Origin: Terriglobia bacterium
GTDB lineage: Bacteria; Acidobacteriota; Terriglobia; UBA7540
Direction of reading: 5' to 3'
DNA: 64,000 nt
Assembly (NCBI GenBank): GCA_050013575.1
Contig: JBEKEZ010000002.1
Coordinates: forward strand, 192,736 to 256,735
The notes under the pieces are model-generated. The model ran no database searches. It saw only the letters and a list, made by a program, of their open reading frames with translations, and had not been told where the DNA came from. The position numbers and the translations under genes were made by a program. This document shows, in pieces, positions 37,686-46,314 of the stretch (within the stretch, counting starts at the first letter, position 1; every line of letters starts with the position of its first letter).

Positions 37686-38513
37686 TTAAGATATTATTAT
37701 TCCTGCATAGCCCACGACGGCGTCGGCATCGCCGCCGGCGTCGGCCGAGGTCGCATACTTCACCAGCTCCGCCTTCTTCGCGCCCAGGTCATTGGCGGCG
37801 GTCACGAGAGCCACGGCCGGCCCGAAGCCGCACATCGAGATGTTCTCGCGATGCACCACGTCGTAAAGGCCGCGGGCATCCAGCTTCAGAATCTGATCGA
37901 TCGCTTTGCGGTCTTTGATGCGCGTCAGGCTGTCGGGCTCGTAGTGGTTCATATCACTCGAAGCGATAATCATCACCGGCTTCGGCGCAGACTCAACCGC
38001 GCGCGCCACGCCGTGTCCCAGGGATTCCAGCGCCGCGTACGATCCCACGCCCACCGCCACCGGAACGAACCGGAATTCCTTAACGATGTGCTGTAAGAAC
38101 GGAAGGTGGACCTCGATCGAGTGTTCCGCAACGTGCGCCTCGCGATCTTCGGTGACCAAAGGGCAGGCGGCGAGCAGTGCGGTGGCGAGGTCATGGTCAA
38201 CAGGGATCTCGCCCAGCGGCGTAAGCCACGTGCCGCTCGAATTCGTCGCCAGTGGCGCCCCCCTTCCGAAATGGTTCGGGCCGAGGGCGATGTAGGAAGC
38301 GCGCGGCGGGAGTCGGCGGTAAACCGCGCCGGCCACGTGGCCGGAGTACATGTAGCCGGCGTGGGGCGCGATGCATCCGAGCGCTCCTTCCACTGTCGGG
38401 GCAGCCTCGCCGCCAGGGCCCAGATATTCCTCGATCTCTCGCGTCAGGATCTCAGCGCGAGCCGGATAAAATCGACCCGCTACAGCGGGTCTGCGGACCA
38501 TGGATTTTTCCAT
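37686..38513 (-). CDS. Memo-like / AmmeMemoRadiSam system protein B
   Basis: 275 aa. Motifs: PAVAGRFYP, IAPHAGYMYSGHVAG, ASSDMNHYE. Confidence 0.85.
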   Translation of the reverse strand: MEKSMVRRPAVAGRFYPARAEILTREIEEYLGPGGEAAPTVEGALGCIAPHAGYMYSGHVAGAVYRRLPPRASYIALGPNHFGRGAPLATNSSGTWLTPLGEIPVDHDLATALLAACPLVTEDREAHVAEHSIEVHLPFLQHIVKEFRFVPVAVGVGSYAALESLGHGVARAVESAPKPVMIIASSDMNHYEPDSLTRIKDRKAIDQILKLDARGLYDVVHRENISMCGFGPAVALVTAANDLGAKKAELVKYATSADAGGDADAVVGYAGIIIS

Positions 38514-38641
38514 AAAAGCCTCCGCGTTTGCCGGATGCGTATGCTCAGCGCATCCAGCGAGGAGGGTGGTCCAGTCGGTGTCAAGGCTGGAATGACTACA
38601 GTATACGACGAAGATTATGGGAATGCGAACCAGCGGCAGGC

Positions 38642-38938
38642 CTACTCGTTCTCTTTTTCAACACTGATCTTCAGAGCGCGCAGGAATTGTGCGTCTTGGG
38701 TGGTGATGTGGAACTCGCCGTTGGAGTGCTGTTCAGCCGCCAGCTTCTGCCGGTGCACGAGATTGGCTTCGCCGCGTTTGTTGAAACCGATGGTGACTTC
38801 GAGCACTAAGAACAAATCGTAGCCCGCGGCTCGGATTCGCGCCAGGACCTCCGCGATGCGCTCCGACTCGGAGAGCGACTCGTTGATCGCGCTTCCCAAT
38901 TCTTTGATCAGGCGTTTGAAATCGTCGTCGAGTTCCAA
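38642..38938 (-). CDS. hypothetical small protein (98 aa)
   Basis: TTG start with an AGGTGA SD 3 nt upstream and its own TTGACA-N18-TAGAAT promoter. Helical N-half and a beta-like C-half. No family recognised. Confidence 0.5.
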   Translation of the reverse strand: MELDDDFKRLIKELGSAINESLSESERIAEVLARIRAAGYDLFLVLEVTIGFNKRGEANLVHRQKLAAEQHSNGEFHITTQDAQFLRALKISVEKENE

Positions 38939-38979
38939 AAGTCACCTGCGTCGATAAAGGGTGGGCCGACTCAACCAGA

Positions 38980-39009
38980 ATTCTATGACTCGCCCTCGGG
39001 TCTTGTCAA
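38980..39009 (-). promoter_or_regulatory. sigma70-type promoter of the 98-aa gene
   Basis: The minus strand reads TTGACA (39009-39004), 18-nt spacer, TAGAAT (38985-38980), about 40 nt upstream of the TTG start. Confidence 0.5.
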
Positions 39010-39015
39010 GGCGAC

Positions 39016-39324
39016 GTGCGGGCGCTTATCATGACGATGCTTTTGTTTCAGCGGCTCGTTGGAGCCGATGAGGACGCTTTGACCAAGCTCGCGGAACTGT
39101 TGGCTTTTTGGTGGCGCCTGGTGCAGCGGGCGCTCCACGCGTTGGTCGGTGTAATCTTTCTCCTTCTGGCTGGCGCCGGCGGTCTGCTCTCGTTTTCCGA
39201 GTGGCGGCGTTATCGCGAAGATCCGGCAGTCGGCCTGATGGAGTTCGGTATGGTCTCCGGCTTCACAGTTCTTCTCACTATTCTTTCGCTCTATTCATTT
39301 CTGAAAGCCCGAAGCGTGAGATGA
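39016..39324 (+). CDS. small membrane protein, translationally coupled to the mutase gene
   Basis: 102 aa with two hydrophobic helices. Its stop overlaps the mutase ATG (gagATGA). The start is uncertain. A plus-strand TTGTCA-N17-TTATCA would place the transcript start near the in-frame ATG at 39037. Confidence 0.5.
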   Translation: MRALIMTMLLFQRLVGADEDALTKLAELLAFWWRLVQRALHALVGVIFLLLAGAGGLLSFSEWRRYREDPAVGLMEFGMVSGFTVLLTILSLYSFLKARSVR

Positions 39325-40871
39325 AGGCCCTTTACAAACCCGAGGATTTAGCTGCGTGGGAGCACGAGCGCGACCTGGGCTTTCCGGGCGAATATCCTTT
39401 CACACGCGGGATCTATCCCACGCAATACCGCAGCCGGCTTTGGACGATGCGGCAGTACGCGGGCTACGGCTCTGCCGCCGAGTCCAACGCTCGCTATCGC
39501 TACCTCCTGGCGCGCGGCCAGACAGGGCTCTCACTGGCGTTCGACTTGCCCACGCAGATCGGACTCGATTCCGACCATCCTCTGGCGGCGGGCGAAGTGG
39601 GCCGAGCCGGCGTGGCCATTGATTCTCTCGAGGACCTGGAGACATTGTTCGACGGCATCGCGCTGGACCGCGTCTCCACGTCGATGACCATCAACGCCAC
39701 GGCAGCGATTCTGCTGGCGCTTTATTTTGCGGTGGCGGAAAAGCGGGGCGTGCCGCTCGAAAAACTCTCTGGAACCGTCCAGAACGATATCTTGAAGGAA
39801 TACATCGCGCGCGGCACTTATATCTATCCGCCGGGCCCGGCGCTGCGCATCGTCACCGATGTTTTTGCGTTTTGCCGCGACCGCGCGCCCGAATGGAATA
39901 CCATCTCAATCAGCGGCTATCACATTCGCGAGGCCGGCTCGACCGCAGTTCAGGAAGTGGCTTTCACCTTGGCCAACGCGATCGCGTACGTGGAAGCCGC
40001 AGTCGGCCGCGGACTTGCTGTTGACGACATTGCGCCACGGCTTTCGTTTTTCTTGAATTCCCACAACGGACTGCTCGAAGAGGTCTCGAAATTTCGCGCT
40101 GCGCGCCGGCTATGGGCGCGCATCATGCGCGAGCGCTTCAAAGCGCAGAATCCCCGGTCGTGGATGTTCCGCTTTCATGCGCAGACCGGCGGCTCAACCC
40201 TCACTGCGCAGCAGCCGGACGTGAACATCGTGCGCGTCACGCTCCAGGCGCTGGCGGCCGTGCTGGGCGGAACGCAATCGTTGCACACCAATGCGCGCGA
40301 CGAAGCCCTGGCGCTGCCCACGGAAGCGTCGGCCCTGATCGCTCTCCGCACCCAGCAGATTCTGGCCTATGAAAGCGGGGTGGCCAACACCGTCGACCCG
40401 CTCGGCGGCTCCTACGCCATCGAGAAGTTCACCAATGAAATCGAGCAGGGCGCCGAGGAATATCTGAAAAAGATCGATACCCTGGGCGGCGTTTTGCGCG
40501 CCATCGAGACGGGATACATGACGAAGGAAATCCAGCAGGCAGCGTATGAGTATCAGCGAAAAGTGGAGTCCGGCGAGCAGGTGGTGGTGGGCGTGAACCG
40601 TTACACCACCGACGGCGCGCCTTCTCCTCCCATCCTGCGTATCGACCCTGAGGTCGAACGCGGGCAGGTGGCGCGCTTGCGCGAGCTTCGCGCCCGCCGT
40701 GACGCCGCGCAGGTCGCCAGGGCCTTGAAACAGTTGGAAGCCACCGCGCGCTCGGAAGAGAACTTGATGCCCGCCATCACGGAGGCTGTGAATTGCTACG
40801 CAACCGTGGGCGAAATCTCAGACACGCTGCGCAAGGTCTTTGGCGAGCACCAAGAGTCTGTCGTCATCTGA
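39321..40871 (+). CDS. methylmalonyl-CoA mutase family, catalytic (substrate-binding TIM barrel) subunit
   Basis: 516 aa from [10 protein letters not shown]. Motifs: [30 protein letters not shown] and [17 protein letters not shown]. There is no C-terminal B12-binding domain. The ORF-track N-extension from 39108 is rejected. Confidence 0.9.
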   Translation: MKALYKPEDLAAWEHERDLGFPGEYPFTRGIYPTQYRSRLWTMRQYAGYGSAAESNARYRYLLARGQTGLSLAFDLPTQIGLDSDHPLAAGEVGRAGVAIDSLEDLETLFDGIALDRVSTSMTINATAAILLALYFAVAEKRGVPLEKLSGTVQNDILKEYIARGTYIYPPGPALRIVTDVFAFCRDRAPEWNTISISGYHIREAGSTAVQEVAFTLANAIAYVEAAVGRGLAVDDIAPRLSFFLNSHNGLLEEVSKFRAARRLWARIMRERFKAQNPRSWMFRFHAQTGGSTLTAQQPDVNIVRVTLQALAAVLGGTQSLHTNARDEALALPTEASALIALRTQQILAYESGVANTVDPLGGSYAIEKFTNEIEQGAEEYLKKIDTLGGVLRAIETGYMTKEIQQAAYEYQRKVESGEQVVVGVNRYTTDGAPSPPILRIDPEVERGQVARLRELRARRDAAQVARALKQLEATARSEENLMPAITEAVNCYATVGEISDTLRKVFGEHQESVVI

Positions 40872-40915
40872 ACCGCTGCTGAAATTCCGCTCACTCCGCT
40901 GGAGGGCTGACGAGT

Positions 40916-42304
40916 ATGGCGACCTTACAATTTCTCGGCGCGACCGGAACCGTCACTGGCTCGAAATATCTGCTGGAAGCCGGGGGCGAGCGGCTGCTGA
41001 TTGACTGCGGCCTCTTTCAAGGCGAAAAAGAACTTCGTCTGCGCAATTGGAATCCCCTGCCGGTTCCACCTTCGAGCCTCAACTGGTTGGTTCTGACGCA
41101 CGCGCATTTGGATCATGTCGGCTACATTCCTCGGCTAGTGAAGGACGGCTATCGCGGGGAAATTCTCGCCAACCCGGCGACGGTGGAGCTGGCGCGGCTC
41201 ACCCTGCCCGACTCCGGCCATCTACAGGAAGAAGACGCGGCTTACGCCAACAAGAAGGGTTTCAGCAAGCACAAGCCGGCGTTGCCGCTGTATACCCATG
41301 AAGAAGCGGTGAAGTCCCTGGAGTCATTCAGCCCCATCGACGACTCCAAACCTCTGGAAATATCCCCTCGCTTTACCCTCCGGTTCTTTGGCGCTGGCCA
41401 CATCATGGGCGCGCGCAGCATTCACGTGACGATTCGGGAGAACGGCAGCACCCAGAGCGTGCTTTTTTCCGGCGATCTCGGCCGTTTTCACCAACTGATT
41501 GTCAAGGAGCCGGCGGCCGCGCTGGGAGCGGACACCTTGCTTTGCGAGTCGACTTACGGCGACCGCTTGCACCCGACCGACGACTTTCGCGCCCGCCTGG
41601 GGAAAATTGTTCAGACGACGGTCGAGCGCGGCGGCACGGTGGTGATTCCGGCCTTTGCCATCGGGCGAACACAGGAACTGCTTTACGTTTTTCGGGAATT
41701 GATCGAGCAGGGCCTGATGCCCCCGGTCGCGATCCACGTGAACAGCCCCATGGCGATTGACGTCACCGAAATTTATCAGCGTCACCAGGAAGACGACAAT
41801 GTGGAAACCGCCGCTCTGGTCGAGCACGGCGGCAAACCGTTTTCGCCGCCCAATGTCCATTTCGATCGGACGTTGGAGCAATCGAAGGCGCTGAACAAGT
41901 CACACCCGCCCTGCGTCATCATTTCAGCCAGCGGCATGGCGACGGGCGGGCGCGTGCTCCACCATCTCGCGGCTTGTTTGCCCGACCGGCGCAACACTGT
42001 TCTATTCGTCGGATATCAGGGCGCCGGCACGCGCGGACAAATCATTCAGTCTGGAGCCGACTTCGTCAAAATTCATGGGGCGATGATTCCCGTCCGCGCC
42101 CAGATCGAGACGATCGACAACTTAAGCGGCCACGCAGACTATGGCGAGATATTGAAATGGCTGAGCCGAATTTCCCGAGCTCCGCGCCAGGCGTTCATCA
42201 CCCACGGCGAGCCGCGCCCCGCCAATGCCTTGAAAGAAAGAATCACCCAGGAACTCCGTTGGCGAGTGCGCGTGCCTAGTTACCTGGAACGAGTCACGCT
42301 TTAG
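40916..42304 (+). CDS. MBL-fold beta-CASP hydrolase (RNA-metabolising type)
   Basis: 462 aa. Motifs: HAHLDHVGYIP (HxHxDH), a beta-CASP segment and a C-terminal HGE motif (ITHGEP). Confidence 0.85.
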   Translation: MATLQFLGATGTVTGSKYLLEAGGERLLIDCGLFQGEKELRLRNWNPLPVPPSSLNWLVLTHAHLDHVGYIPRLVKDGYRGEILANPATVELARLTLPDSGHLQEEDAAYANKKGFSKHKPALPLYTHEEAVKSLESFSPIDDSKPLEISPRFTLRFFGAGHIMGARSIHVTIRENGSTQSVLFSGDLGRFHQLIVKEPAAALGADTLLCESTYGDRLHPTDDFRARLGKIVQTTVERGGTVVIPAFAIGRTQELLYVFRELIEQGLMPPVAIHVNSPMAIDVTEIYQRHQEDDNVETAALVEHGGKPFSPPNVHFDRTLEQSKALNKSHPPCVIISASGMATGGRVLHHLAACLPDRRNTVLFVGYQGAGTRGQIIQSGADFVKIHGAMIPVRAQIETIDNLSGHADYGEILKWLSRISRAPRQAFITHGEPRPANALKERITQELRWRVRVPSYLERVTL

Positions 42305-42313
42305 CCGCCGAAT

Positions 42314-42477
42314 AGTAGGCAGTAGGCAGTCGGCAGTTGGGGAAATCAGAAATCAGAAATTAGAAATCAGAATCAAAGACTCAGCGATTGAGGTTCTGCG
42401 TTCTGCTCTCTAATTTCTGCTTTCTAACTTCTGATTTCTGCTTTCTGATTTCTAATTTCTGATTTCTCCCTACTGCC
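42314..42477. terminator. long heptad-phased hairpin between convergent genes (H3), probable bidirectional terminator
   Basis: Left arm: agtaggc agtaggc agtcggc agttggg gaaatca gaaatca gaaatta gaaatca gaatcaa (42314-42376). Right arm: 12 phased units ttctgcg...ttctgat ttctaat ttctgat ttctccc tactgcc (42394-42477). About 30 bp of near-perfect complementarity (gggaaatcagaaat..tagaaatcagaa). It overlaps the stop codon of the HD gene. Confidence 0.6.
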
Positions 42478-43030
42478 CCGCCACGAGCCCCAAAGTCTCC
42501 GCGATGGCGCGCATGGCTTCAATGCAGAAGGTGATGTGCTCGTCGAGCGGCACGCCCAGCTCTTCCGCGCCCCTGATAATGTCCTCACGGCTCACCGAGC
42601 GCGCGAAGGCTTTATCCTTCATCCGCTTTCGCACTGATTTGGCTTCGAGGCTGGCGAGGCGGTCGGGCCGGACGAGCGCGCAGGCGGTGATGAAGCCAGC
42701 CAGCTCGTCGCACGCAAAAAGCGTCCTGGCCAGCGGAGTGTCGCGCGGCACGCCGGTGTAGTCCGCATGACCGAGGATGGCGCGCCGCAGATCCTCCGGG
42801 AAGCCCCGCTCTTTCAAAATCTCGCTGCCCTCCAGCGGATGATCAGGAGCGTTGGGATAAACTTCGTAATCGAAATCGTGAATCAGACCGACTACACCCC
42901 ACGTGCCTTCATCTTCGCCAAGTTTCTTGGCGTAGGCTCGCACGCAGGCCTCGACGGCGAGCGCGTGCTTTCGCAGATTCTCGTTCTTCGTATACTCGCA
43001 GAGCAACTGCCAGGCCGCTTCGCGGTCCAT
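42470..43030 (-). CDS. HD/HDIG-domain phosphohydrolase
   Basis: Start set at MDREAAWQLL (43030). Motifs: KHALAVEA, GLIHDFDY and GHADYTG metal-binding signatures. Confidence 0.8.
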   Translation of the reverse strand: MDREAAWQLLCEYTKNENLRKHALAVEACVRAYAKKLGEDEGTWGVVGLIHDFDYEVYPNAPDHPLEGSEILKERGFPEDLRRAILGHADYTGVPRDTPLARTLFACDELAGFITACALVRPDRLASLEAKSVRKRMKDKAFARSVSREDIIRGAEELGVPLDEHITFCIEAMRAIAETLGLVAGQ

Positions 43031-43152
43031 CGGTTCACCTCGCCAACTCGAGGGTGCATTATACGGGAGAGCTATGGAGATGGCAAAAAGCACGGCGCGC
43101 AGCAAGGCCTCTTCCGCGCGCGGCGCGCACAGCTTGGCCACCTCTCCTTCCG

Positions 43153-44376
43153 ATGATATCCTCTTCGATCATGCACACGCTCCGCAGCCGGCTCGCACTC
43201 TTCATTCTCTCGTTGCTGGTCAGCCCTACCGTGTCCATTCCAGCGCCCGCGCAGGAGCAGAGTTTTCAGGCAATGTTCGATCAATATGTGCAACACGACG
43301 AAATCGTCGGGGCTTCTTGCGTCATTCTGAACAAGAATGAAGCGGCCGAGCCTCACACGATCGGCATGGCTGACTTGGAAGCGCACCAGCCCGTTAACGC
43401 GAATACGATCTTCCACGGGGCCTCCATCACCAAGACACTGACCGCCGTGGCGATCATGCAATTGCGGGATCGCGGAAAGCTCTCGCTTGACGATCCAATT
43501 GTAAAATATGTGCCGGAGTTGACGCGCGTTCGCAGCGAAGATAACTCCATCGCGCGGGTGACACTGCGTCATCTTCTTTCTCACACGTCGGGTTTTCAGT
43601 CGCCCACCTGGCCTTACCGGGACGACGCCAAGCCCTGGCAACCTTTCGAGCCCACGGAATGGCAGCAGCTCGTGGCCATGATGCCTTACCAGGAATTGGC
43701 GTTTGCGCCCGGCACAAAATTCCAGTATTCCAACCCGGGCTTCATTTATCTGGCTCGCGTGATCGAGGCCCTGACAGGTGATCCTTATCAGGTGTATGTG
43801 CAGAAGAACATTCTGACGCCCCTGGGCATGACGCGAAGCTACTTCAATATTTCGCCTTATCATCTTGCCGCCGACCGCTCCAATAACTACACGATCAGCG
43901 CCGGCAGCGACGGACGCAGCAAGGTGGTCGCCAACGGCCGCGAGTTCCACACGGGCATCACAACGCCGAACGGCGGCCTCAACGCGCCTCTGGGCGACTT
44001 GGCAAAATGGGTGGCGTTTCTCAGCGGCTCAAGTCCTTCGGCGAGCTCGGACATGATTCTGGCGCGGAAATCGCTTGAAGAAATGTGGCAACCCGTGACG
44101 CCGGTTCCTTCCGATTTTGCCACCGCGCCCCCGGAATTTATGGGGCTGTCGTTCTTCCTCTACCCGCGCGGTGCGGGCGGCGACGCAATTGCGCTGGTCG
44201 GGCACACGGGACATCAGGCGGGATTCGCAACGTTCTTTGTCATGAACCCGCGCAACGGCCGCGCCGTGATTGCGGCGTTCAATACCAGCCACGCCGAAAC
44301 TGACCGCGATGCCTACGGCAAATCCAACCTCGGCTTCCGCGCGCTCGTCGAGCAGGCACTAAAGATTGTCCAATAG
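43153..44376 (+). CDS. serine hydrolase, beta-lactamase/PBP4* family
   Basis: Signal peptide from MISSSIMHTLRSRLALFILSLLV. It has the SxxK motif (ASITKTL), the YSN motif (FQYSNPG) and HTG (VGHTGHQ). Confidence 0.85.
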   Translation: MISSSIMHTLRSRLALFILSLLVSPTVSIPAPAQEQSFQAMFDQYVQHDEIVGASCVILNKNEAAEPHTIGMADLEAHQPVNANTIFHGASITKTLTAVAIMQLRDRGKLSLDDPIVKYVPELTRVRSEDNSIARVTLRHLLSHTSGFQSPTWPYRDDAKPWQPFEPTEWQQLVAMMPYQELAFAPGTKFQYSNPGFIYLARVIEALTGDPYQVYVQKNILTPLGMTRSYFNISPYHLAADRSNNYTISAGSDGRSKVVANGREFHTGITTPNGGLNAPLGDLAKWVAFLSGSSPSASSDMILARKSLEEMWQPVTPVPSDFATAPPEFMGLSFFLYPRGAGGDAIALVGHTGHQAGFATFFVMNPRNGRAVIAAFNTSHAETDRDAYGKSNLGFRALVEQALKIVQ

Positions 44377-45213
44377 TGCAGCAACGCGGGCATCTTGCCC
44401 GCCGCGTGGTAACTGATGCCCGTGCTCGAACCCCCGATCTTGCTCATTCGGTTCGTCGGCGTATTGTAGCGCGAGGGCCGCTCTCCGGCCCGTTCCCCCG
44501 CCAAGCGGGATCAGGGCGGGCTTTGCGGCCCTTCCATGTATTGACGCTAAACGCACCCGACGACGGGAACACATCTCGAAATGCCGCAGGGCTAGACGGC
44601 TAGCCCTGCGCTACGAGCTTGGAAAACTCGGCCCAACCGCGGGTTTTCCACATTTCCACCGCCCCGACGACGAGGGTTTATCTTTGGCCGAAGAAAAGAA
44701 AAACAAAACCCCCTTGACACCCGCCGCTCCCTTCATAGATGCGCCACCCGCGAAGCTGGCAATTCAGGACTGTCACCCCCGACTCACGTGGATTTTGGTC
44801 TGCGGAAGGACTACGGCCAGGCGGGTACGAGATCGTCGTCCACGGCAAAGTTGGGGGTTACGACGCGGACTGGGAGTACGGCCTAGACCTCGACGCTGGC
44901 CAAACCATCTCCCTGCCCCTGACCAGCCCTCGATTCTTCCGCCGCGTAAATCCCGAAGCCGCCCAATAGGGTGCTCGCTACCCGCGCATGCGCTCCAAAG
45001 TCTCTCCCTTCTAATTCCCTGACTTCATCTTGCCACTTGAACAGCCATCAGCTCTCAGCGAGATTTCCGGATGTTTCCTCAAAACTGACGACTGACCTTC
45101 GACGACTCTTCCTTGGTACCCTGCGGTGTTGGTTCATTTTCTCAAAATCGTGAGACAATACGGTGAACTGGCTGAACCCGCTCCAGCCGGATTCCATGCG
45201 TAAGGAGACGCAA

Positions 45214-46071
45214 ATGTCTACGATTTCGAGAAGAGAGTTTTTCAGGAAAGCATCGGTGAATGCCGCCGCGGTTGGGTTTCTGTCTGCAGGCGCAAGTATG
45301 CTGCGCGCTAATCCGCTTGGCCTGCCGATCGGGTGCCAGACATGGCCGGTCAGGAAGATGATTGCCGCGGACTTTCCCGGCACGATCAAGCAGCTTGCCG
45401 CGGCCGGATTTCAAACCATCGAGCTGTGCTCGCCGGGAGGCTACGAGGAATTTGTCGGTCTCGCCAAACTTAGCGGAACCGAAACTCGAAGAATCCTGAG
45501 CGATGCGGGCGTTACCTGTGTCAGTTCGCATTTCGGCCTCGACGAACTGAAGAAAGATCAAGATAAGGCAATCGCCTGGGCCAAGGATGTGGGCCTGACG
45601 CAGATGCTGGTGGCCAGCCTTGAGGGGCCGCGACATCCGACCATGGACGATGTCAAGAAGGCAGCGGACGAATACAACAAAATTGGCGAGAAGGCCGCCA
45701 GCGCCGGCATCACCCAGGGTCTGCACAATGAGAATTTTGAGACCTCGACCGTCGATGGCCAGCGAACTTACGACGTGCTGTTTAAGCTGCTAGATCCGAA
45801 ATTTGTGAAGTTTCAGTTTCAGGTTTCCACGATCGCCCAGGGCTTCGATGCCGCCGAATACTTCAACAAGTATCCTGGCCGCTTCATCTCCATGCACGTT
45901 CAGGGATGGGACGCGAACACCAGGAAAATTGTGCCGGTCGGCCAGGGCACTCTCGACTGGAAGAAGATCTTTAGCGCGGCGAAAACGGGCGGCATCAAGA
46001 ATTACTACGTCGAAATGAACCTGGAGATGATGAAGGCCAGCGTTCCCTACCTTCGCAATCTGGAGGTCTGA
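45214..46071 (+). CDS. Tat-exported sugar-phosphate isomerase/epimerase (xylose-isomerase-like TIM barrel)
   Basis: AAGGAG SD upstream and the twin-arginine motif MSTISRREFFRKA. AP-endonuclease-2/xylose-isomerase-fold signatures (FQTIELCS, GLHNENFE, YYVEMN). Confidence 0.8.
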   Translation: MSTISRREFFRKASVNAAAVGFLSAGASMLRANPLGLPIGCQTWPVRKMIAADFPGTIKQLAAAGFQTIELCSPGGYEEFVGLAKLSGTETRRILSDAGVTCVSSHFGLDELKKDQDKAIAWAKDVGLTQMLVASLEGPRHPTMDDVKKAADEYNKIGEKAASAGITQGLHNENFETSTVDGQRTYDVLFKLLDPKFVKFQFQVSTIAQGFDAAEYFNKYPGRFISMHVQGWDANTRKIVPVGQGTLDWKKIFSAAKTGGIKNYYVEMNLEMMKASVPYLRNLEV

Positions 46072-46080
46072 ACGGCAGTC

Positions 46081-46197
46081 AGTGAAGCAGTGGCAAGTGG
46101 CGATACAGCCATCGGGTTTCGGGATTAGGGATTCGGGGTTCGCAAATCCCGATCCCACATTCATCCGCGAACCCCGAACACCGAAACCCGAATCCCC
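46081..46197. repeat. heptad-phased element with hairpin (H4)
   Basis: agtgaag c agtggca agtggcg, then gggtttc gggatta gggattc ggggttc gcaaatc (46114-46148), facing gcgaacc ccgaaca ccgaaac ccgaatc (46167-46194). The terminal 12 bp, ttcggggttcgc with gcgaaccccgaa, are perfectly complementary. Confidence 0.6.
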
Positions 46198-46314
46198 AGT
46201 CTTTCAGTGGCTTCTCACCGCCCTCGGGAGGGTGTACACTGACAATTACTCGGGGAGTGTCCCACCCAAACTCCCACCTGAGATTTTTCCGCCCGCGACT
46301 TGTGGAGACTCACG

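Noticed and set aside
39108-39320. An N-terminal extension of the mutase ORF (587 aa in the track).
   Set aside because: The extension is Arg/Ser/Gly-rich and overlaps the better-supported small membrane protein gene. Homologous mutases begin near [10 protein letters not shown], and the ATGA overlap supports a start at 39321.
42314-42477. Whether the short tandem repeat arrays here, and at nine other loci, could be CRISPR arrays.
   Set aside because: The units are 7 nt long with no interspersed unique spacers. The arrays come as inverted arms, and no cas genes are present. They are not CRISPR.
44739-44969. A 76-aa ORF containing GLRPGGYEIVVHGKVGGYDADWEYGLDLDAGQTISLPL, which looks like the second half of a CarboxypepD_reg domain.
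   Set aside because: Only half a domain is present, with no signal peptide or downstream TonB-receptor body and a weak start context. It is probably a gene relic, but too short to call with confidence.
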